Assembly (NCBI GenBank): GCA_042216015.1
Contig: JBDGUI010000002.1
Coordinates: 1 to 16,031, forward strand
DNA length: 16,031 nucleotides
Direction: 5' to 3'
Source: Halodesulfurarchaeum sp.
GTDB taxonomy: Archaea; Halobacteriota; Halobacteria; Halobacteriales; Halobacteriaceae
Shown: positions 10,860-16,031 of the stretch, piece after piece
Position numbering within the stretch: position 1 is the first letter of the stretch
Layout: each line of letters opens with the position of its first letter
Notes under the pieces: generated by a model
The model's database searches: none
Told to the model about the DNA's origin: nothing
The model's input: only the letters and a program-made list of their open reading frames with translations
Position numbers and translations under genes: made by a program

Positions 10860-11855
10860 TCAGTACCCCTCGGCCGGTTCGGCCGGACCGGCGAAGGTAC
10901 TGTAGAGAACCGCGAAGTAGAGCAGGACGAGCGGGAGGAAGATCGCGAGCACGACAGTCATGATCTTGAGCTGGAGGGTCGAGACCGCCGCTTCGAAGGC
11001 GGTGAGCCCCGCAGCCGGGTAGATGACCGGATAGAAGAGCAGCGCGAGAAGGGCCACCAGCCCGAAAATCTGTGCCGCCGCCGCGATGAAGGCGGGTCGG
11101 TACTGATCCTCCTTGAGCAACCAGAGGTAGGCGACGCCGAGGATGGCCGTCAGGACGACCAGCCCCAGGATGGCCGGATGTCTCACCTTCGTTGCCATTC
11201 CCTCGACGGCGAGTGCGAGGTACGCGACCGTCACGACGGCCAACACGAGGTAGGCGACCTGGGAGATCAGCCCGTGCCGGGTGGTCGTTCCCTCCAGCCC
11301 GTCCTCGGTCTTCATCCCGAGGTAGCCGGTGCCCTGGGCCGTGGATATCGCGACGAGCGCCAGCCCAACGACGGTGCCCGGCAGCGTGATCAGGCCCTCG
11401 GCACCCACCAGCCAGTTCGCGGCGAACATGCCGAGGAGGAAGGGTGCAAGCGTGCTCCCGAGGATGAACGTGGTACTCCAGATCCGCCGCCACTGGGCGT
11501 CCTCGCGCTGTTCCATGAACTCGGGGGAGATGCCCCTGATGATCAACGCACCGAGGATCGCGAACATCAGTAGGTAGTACCCGCTGAAGATCCCGGCGTA
11601 CACGTCGGGGAACACCGCGAAGAGGGCCCCACCGAAGACAATGAGCCATACCTCCGCTCCGTCCCAGAGCGGGGCGAGGGCCGTCAAGATGCGCTCACGG
11701 GTCTCGTGGTCCTCGCTCAGCCCGTAGAGCACACCCATCCCGAAGTTCGTCCCGTCGAGCCAGAGGAACATGGCGAGGGTGAGGAACAGCGCCACGAACC
11801 ACAGCTCGACCAGGGGAAGGCCGAGCCACGTCGGTCCCGAGGCCAATGGCATCAT
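10860..11855 (-). CDS. cydB: Cytochrome bd quinol oxidase subunit II
   Basis: About 331 aa, polytopic membrane protein. Motifs LDGTNFGMG, APLWDGAEVWLIVFGGALFAVFPDVYA, LIIRGISPEF. Start overlaps the cydA stop (ATG at 11855 or 11852). Confidence 0.93.
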   Translation of the reverse strand: MMPLASGPTWLGLPLVELWFVALFLTLAMFLWLDGTNFGMGVLYGLSEDHETRERILTALAPLWDGAEVWLIVFGGALFAVFPDVYAGIFSGYYLLMFAILGALIIRGISPEFMEQREDAQWRRIWSTTFILGSTLAPFLLGMFAANWLVGAEGLITLPGTVVGLALVAISTAQGTGYLGMKTEDGLEGTTTRHGLISQVAYLVLAVVTVAYLALAVEGMATKVRHPAILGLVVLTAILGVAYLWLLKEDQYRPAFIAAAAQIFGLVALLALLFYPVIYPAAGLTAFEAAVSTLQLKIMTVVLAIFLPLVLLYFAVLYSTFAGPAEPAEGY

Positions 11856-13237
11856 TCGGCCATCACCCCGGATTCATCCGGCCCTTTCGGCCCACGAACG
11901 ATGAGCCGGCGGACCAGATAGATCCAGATGCCGAGCAGGAGCGCGTACCCGACGACGAACCCGAGCAGGGTCAGGAGGGCTTCCCCACCCGTCAATCCGG
12001 GTGAGACGCCGTCAGCGACGGTCAGGACCTCCTGAATGGCCCACGGCTGACGACCGACCTCGGCGACGATCCAGCCGAGATCGATCGCCACGAGGCCGAG
12101 CGGAATCGAGACCATGAGTCCCTTCTGGAGGTATCGGTCCTCGAGCAGTTTGCCCTGATACCATCGGAAGCCGGCCCAGAGCGCGAGCAGAATGAACCAC
12201 ATGCCGAGGCCCACCATGGCCCGGAAGGACCAGAAGACCACGGCGACCGGTGGTTCACCCTCGACGCCCTGTAAGCTCTCCATATCGTCCAAGCCCTGGA
12301 TGGTCGCGCCGGGATCACCCCCGCTTGCCAGGATCGACGCGCCGTTCGGAATGCCGACCGCGAAGAGATCGCGCGCACTCGGGTTCGTGAAGTCGGCGGG
12401 ATCGGTCGGGAAGGCAAAGAGGTACTCGTCGACGCCGGATTCGGTCCCGTAGACCGCCTCCATCGCGGCGAACTTCTGCGGCTGGGTCTGGTAGACATGC
12501 CGACCGTAAGAGTCACCCTGAATCGCCATGAACGGGGCCGTAATCAGCATGCCCACGATGGCAACTTTGAGACTCGTCTTCCAGAACGCTCGGCGAGATT
12601 CGGTCGTGGTCAGCTTGTAGGCGGCGATACCGCCCATGAAGAGAGCGGCTGCCAGGACGACCGATGCCTGATGATGCGTAAACATATAGAAAAATCGCGG
12701 GTTGAAGTAGGCCGCGAGCGGATCGGTAATGATCGCGACCTCTTTCCCTGCACGAGTCCCCATCTCGTATCCACGCGGCAGTTGCATCCACGAGTTCGCG
12801 ATCAGAATCCAGACCGCTGAGAGCCACGAACCAAGGGCAACGAGCGCCGCCGAGAGGAAGTACATCCGTCGACTGACCCGCTCTTTGCCGAAAAGCAGGA
12901 TGCCGAGAAACGTCGATTCGAGCGTGAACGCCATCAGCCCCTCGGTGGCCAGCGGGCCGCCGAAGATTCCGCCGACTGCGGAGGCGTAGGCGGCGAAGTT
13001 CGTGCCGAACTCGAATTCGAGGACGATACCAGTCACGGTGCCGACGACGAAGGTCAGGGCGAAGATTTTCACCCAAAACCGTCGCAACGACACCCACGGT
13101 TCGCCGGCCCCGCGCATCTCCTTCCAGGCGAAATACACCAGGAAGGGGGCAAGGCCCATCGAGATGGCGGGGAAAATGATGTGCACGGCCGTCGTCAGTG
13201 CGAACTGCAAACGGCTCGCGATTACGGGGTCTATCAT
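11852..13237 (-). CDS. cydA: Cytochrome bd quinol oxidase subunit I
   Basis: 461 aa. Motifs SRLQFA..HIIFP (His19), GTVTG, EGLMAFTLESTF, ANSWMQ, Q-loop QPQKFAAME, FRAMV (Met heme ligand), GWIVAEVGRQPW. Confidence 0.97.
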   Translation of the reverse strand: MIDPVIASRLQFALTTAVHIIFPAISMGLAPFLVYFAWKEMRGAGEPWVSLRRFWVKIFALTFVVGTVTGIVLEFEFGTNFAAYASAVGGIFGGPLATEGLMAFTLESTFLGILLFGKERVSRRMYFLSAALVALGSWLSAVWILIANSWMQLPRGYEMGTRAGKEVAIITDPLAAYFNPRFFYMFTHHQASVVLAAALFMGGIAAYKLTTTESRRAFWKTSLKVAIVGMLITAPFMAIQGDSYGRHVYQTQPQKFAAMEAVYGTESGVDEYLFAFPTDPADFTNPSARDLFAVGIPNGASILASGGDPGATIQGLDDMESLQGVEGEPPVAVVFWSFRAMVGLGMWFILLALWAGFRWYQGKLLEDRYLQKGLMVSIPLGLVAIDLGWIVAEVGRQPWAIQEVLTVADGVSPGLTGGEALLTLLGFVVGYALLLGIWIYLVRRLIVRGPKGPDESGVMAE

Positions 13238-13366
13238 GTGTAGCTGGTCGGGAGTTCCGTTTGTGTGCTTCTCATGTCTCCCACATATTGTCTTCGTCCG
13301 GTCTGTGGTTTCCGGCCGATTCAGTTGATGGTTTTACCCCACCCATTATAATTGCCGTGGGTCCTC

Positions 13367-13398
13367 CCACATTCTTGCAATCGATCCCAAGAATGCGG
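13367..13398. promoter_or_regulatory. Imperfect 32-bp palindrome upstream of cydA (candidate operator)
   Basis: CCACATTCTTGCAATC|GATCCCAAGAATGCGG has 13 of 16 positions symmetric. It lies just upstream (in cydA orientation) of an ATTATAAT TATA-like element at 13345-13352. Confidence 0.4.
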
Positions 13399-13605
13399 AA
13401 GGAGACCGACAGCGTACCCGACTTTCGCCCGATTGGTCCAACGGGTGATTGCCCTCCAAATTTCCCCAATATGATGGGAGGGGCGCCATATATTCCCTTA
13501 CAAATTGGGTCGCGAGAGACGCGGCTCGAATAGTTGTTGGGTCGTTGTTAAGTCTGGGGACCGGATCCGGCATGCCAGTCGCAACTGGCAACGCCTCTTC
13601 CATGC

Positions 13606-13657
13606 AGTCGAACCGTGAAACACGATTGGAAAGTCGAACCGTGAAACATGAGTGGAA
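13606..13657. repeat. Tandem direct repeat, 2 x 26 bp
   Basis: AGTCGAACCGTGAAACACGATTGGAA followed by AGTCGAACCGTGAAACATGAGTGGAA (24/26 identical), 17 nt from the tRNA-Arg 3' end. Confidence 0.9.
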
Positions 13658-13674
13658 CAGACACACCGCTCACA

Positions 13675-13747
13675 CGGGCGCGGCGGGAATCGAACCCGCG
13701 ATCTAGAGGTTAGGAACCTCTCGCCGTATCCTCTTGGCCACGCGCCC
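13675..13747 (-). tRNA. tRNA-Arg(CCT)
   Basis: Cloverleaf GGGCGCG-TG-GCC AAGAGGATAC GGC-G-AGAGG TT CCT AA CCTCT-AGATC-GCGGG TTCGATT CCCGC-CGCGCCC-G. 73 nt, no intron, CCA not encoded. Confidence 0.96.
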
Positions 13748-13771
13748 CGTACCCGGATAGCCGGGGGCGGG

Positions 13772-13777
13772 AAAAAA
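13772..13777 (-). terminator. T6 tract after the tatA stop: possible terminator and/or TATA-like element of the tRNA-Arg promoter
   Basis: Minus-strand TTTTTT begins 4 nt after the tatA stop and lies 25-30 nt upstream of the tRNA 5' end. Confidence 0.4.
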
Positions 13778-13780
13778 CCG

Positions 13781-14053
13781 TTACTCTTCTTTCGTTTCGG
13801 TCGTGGACTCCGATTCGGCCTCGGAGCCGCCGACGTCTGTCTCACTCGAGGAGGGCCCACCCTCACGGACCTCCTCGAGTTCCTGTTCGATCTCCTCGCG
13901 GCCGCGCTGGAATTCGCCCATCGCCTGGCCGGTCGACCGGGCGAGTTTGGGAATCTTGTTCGCCCCGAACAGGAGCACGGCGATCAACAGGATGACCGCC
14001 AGTTCCATCCCTCCGGCGGGTAGTCCGAACGCGGGTAACACCTCGAATGTCAT
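13781..14053 (-). CDS. tatA: Twin-arginine translocase subunit TatA
   Basis: 90 aa. GGMELAVILLIAVLLFGANKIPKLARSTGQAMGEFQRG (TM helix, FG hinge, amphipathic helix) and an acidic tail. CTATAA lies about 27 nt upstream. Confidence 0.95.
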   Translation of the reverse strand: MTFEVLPAFGLPAGGMELAVILLIAVLLFGANKIPKLARSTGQAMGEFQRGREEIEQELEEVREGGPSSSETDVGGSEAESESTTETKEE

Positions 14054-14190
14054 TACCCGTTCCTAACGCAGTAGCGATTATAGGCTTTATGCTCCGATCC
14101 CTGCAAATCGCTTCCCACGGACCCTGCTGACACGCCACAACTCAAATGGCACACCCCGAAACCTAATGTGCTGGCCCCCCATCGATTCGC

Positions 14191-14994
14191 ATGAACGATT
14201 CGAACGGGACACAGGCCTACGATCCGAGCGCGGATCACGCCTTTCCTGATGGCCGACTCAACGAGCTCCTCGAGTTCATCCGGAACGACCCCGAGGTCCA
14301 GGCCTACCTCGAGGCCCAGAACGTGAATCCGGTCGACCGGAAGGGGTACAACGATCACGGGTGGAAACACGTCGAGATTGTGCGAAACCGGGCGCTCCGA
14401 CTGTACGAACTGCTCAAACGGGCCGAGGTGACGTTCAACGGGGCAAGCGATCAGGGACTCGAGGAGGCCGACGAGCCGGTCATCATCGCGCTGGCGGCGA
14501 CGCTCCACGACATCGGTCACGTCGTCCATCGCGACGATCACACCTCCTACTCCATCGTCCTGGCCGCCGACGTCATTGACCGACTGCTCGAGGGGTTCTA
14601 CGGGGTCACCGAGCGGGTGAAGATGAAGGGCGAAGTCCTTCATGCGATTCTTTGTCACCACGCAGCCGAAGATCCCCTCACCACCGAGGCCGGAGTCATT
14701 CGGGTCGCGGACGCGTTGGACATGGAACGGGGACGATCGCGAGTCCCCTACGAGAAGGGTGGCCGGGGCATCAACACGATTTCGAGTCAGGCCATCGAGC
14801 GTGTCGACCTCATCGAGGGCGAACGGACACCGGTCCTCGTCGAGATCACCATGCGAAACGCCGCCGGTGTCTACCAGGTCGACGGATTGCTCATGGACAA
14901 GCTCCAGGACTCGGGGCTCGAGCGGGAAATCCGCGTCGTCGCGGTCAACACGACCGGCCCGGACGACCAACTCGTCGAGCGGATCGAGTTCTGA
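14191..14994 (+). CDS. HD-domain metal-dependent phosphohydrolase
   Basis: 267 aa. Motifs YNDHGWKH, TLHDIGH, HRDDH, ILCHH, VADALD. Confidence 0.92.
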   Translation: MNDSNGTQAYDPSADHAFPDGRLNELLEFIRNDPEVQAYLEAQNVNPVDRKGYNDHGWKHVEIVRNRALRLYELLKRAEVTFNGASDQGLEEADEPVIIALAATLHDIGHVVHRDDHTSYSIVLAADVIDRLLEGFYGVTERVKMKGEVLHAILCHHAAEDPLTTEAGVIRVADALDMERGRSRVPYEKGGRGINTISSQAIERVDLIEGERTPVLVEITMRNAAGVYQVDGLLMDKLQDSGLEREIRVVAVNTTGPDDQLVERIEF

Positions 14995-15738
14995 TCAGTC
15001 GAGAAAGGACGCGAGCGAGGATTCGGTCCGATCCGTCGTCGATCGCACGGCGAGTGAGTAGACACCATCGAGGCCGTGGGAGCGGGCCCACTCGCCCAGT
15101 CCTCCCGGGTCCGGGGTCAGTTCCTGTCCCGCCCGCTTGCCATCGAATTCGGAAACACCCACGAATCCCTCGGCGAGGTCCTGAACGAATCGACCAAGGG
15201 CCCGACCGTAGAGGTGTTCGTCGAGTGTTTCGACGGCCACCGGCTGGGTCATCGCCCTGATGCTTCGAGCGGGAATGGCCCGCGTCGCCTCCCCGGTCAC
15301 CAGCAACATGACTGCCGACGGCCATCGGGCGAGGAGTGACTCGACGCGATCATCCACCGGGTGCGTGTCGGCTCCAGAGAGGTTCGCCGGGAGCCGTGCG
15401 GTGTGGAGCACGCTACCGATCGCGAGGGTTCTCGATCGATAGATCGGCAGGTCGATCGTGATGGCCAGCCCGACGGTCATGCCCGGGTGGTCCACAGGTG
15501 CCCCGCCATCGTCGAACTGGGCGCTTCGGGCGTCGAAGGTGACCCGTTCCAGCTCGCGACCGTCGGTTTCGCGGGCCATCTGGCGGAGGAGTTCCCCGCC
15601 GACGCGGGATTCGACGGCTTCTTCGTCTCGTATGAGCCCACCCCGATGGTCCGACGTGACGTCTGCGGCGTCGGCGACCGACGCTCCGGCGGCGTCGACG
15701 GCCCGTCCGAGATCGTTCACGAACCGGTAGGTCCGCAT
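14995..15738 (-). CDS. Hypothetical protein (247 aa)
   Basis: Fills the gap between the HD gene and the tRNA-Gly region. Acidic composition and host-like codons. ATG 15738 chosen because a TTCATA element lies about 27 nt upstream. Confidence 0.75.
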   Translation of the reverse strand: MRTYRFVNDLGRAVDAAGASVADAADVTSDHRGGLIRDEEAVESRVGGELLRQMARETDGRELERVTFDARSAQFDDGGAPVDHPGMTVGLAITIDLPIYRSRTLAIGSVLHTARLPANLSGADTHPVDDRVESLLARWPSAVMLLVTGEATRAIPARSIRAMTQPVAVETLDEHLYGRALGRFVQDLAEGFVGVSEFDGKRAGQELTPDPGGLGEWARSHGLDGVYSLAVRSTTDRTESSLASFLD

Positions 15739-15865
15739 ACCTCCGGCGTCGGGGGGAACTGCTATGAAGTTGGGGGGTGGCAAGTGGTGAAAATCAGACC
15801 AGCAACCCAATCGGTCCGCAACTTCCACCAATCACGTTCCGATATCGAATCCCCCACCTTGCGGT

Positions 15866-15980
15866 CTTTTTCCCCACGTTTTTGCGAGCAGCGAGGGATC
15901 GGAGATCCATCGGGCCGCACGAACGGCGGCTCCGCCGCCGTGAGTGGAGGCTGCGAAGCAGCCCCGCGGAAAAAGTGGGA
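15866..15980. repeat. Structured intergenic element: imperfect terminal inverted repeats enclosing three GNA-triloop hairpins
   Basis: Left end CCCCACGTTTTTGCG; right end reverse-complements to TCCCACTTTTTCCGCG. Internal hairpins GGATC-GGA-GATCC, ACGGCGGC-TCC-GCCGCCGT and GGCTGC-GAA-GCAGCC. Confidence 0.7.
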
Positions 15981-15981
15981 G

Positions 15982-16031
15982 TGCGCCGGCCGGGATTCGA
16001 ACCCGGGCCATGAGCTTGGAAGGCTCAGGTC
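15982..16031 (-). tRNA. tRNA-Gly(TCC), 5' part outside the window
   Basis: Minus strand reads TGAGC CT TCC AA GCTCA-TGGC-CCGGG TTCGAAT CCCGG-CCGGCGC-A, followed by a T5 tract (15970-15974). Confidence 0.93.

Noticed and set aside
10813..11649. Apparent 487-aa HAD fusion ORF overlapping cydB
   Set aside because: The upstream portion is an Arg/Pro-rich alternative frame of cydB. HAD motif I begins right after ATG 10812.
13606..13657. CRISPR array interpretation of the 26-bp repeat
   Set aside because: Only two directly adjacent units, no spacers and no cas genes.
13198..13706. Small ORFs upstream of cydA as a CydX/CydS-like subunit
   Set aside because: None encodes a convincing single transmembrane helix or shows host-like acidic composition.
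13675..16031. Provirus or integrative element between the two tRNA genes
   Set aside because: No integrase, no duplicated tRNA 3' end, and the content (tatA, HD protein) is housekeeping-like.

Overview
A GC-rich chromosomal window whose acidic proteins, gene set and TATA spacing point to a haloarchaeon. It opens with a topoisomerase locus. DNA topoisomerase VI subunit B (minus strand, absent from the ORF track because it runs off the window edge) carries an intact 519-aa LAGLIDADG intein inside its ATP-binding motif. It is transcribed divergently from gyrB-gyrA, across a 143-bp spacer with a 24-nt alternating purine/pyrimidine, doubly palindromic tract. Downstream are a single-domain ArsA/Get3-type ATPase, an extended-SDR sugar epimerase, an HTH regulator, a short FAD-binding oxidoreductase, a CBS-pair protein, a HAD hydrolase, cydAB (cytochrome bd oxidase), tRNA-Arg(CCT), tatA, an HD-domain protein, a hypothetical protein, a multi-hairpin intergenic element and a truncated tRNA-Gly(TCC). 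Most of this is ordinary core genome and I see no clearly new multi-gene system. The best leads are the intein, the candidate supercoiling-sensing promoter tract, the repeat-rich cydA upstream region, the GNA-triloop element and the possibly nuclease-derived hypothetical protein.
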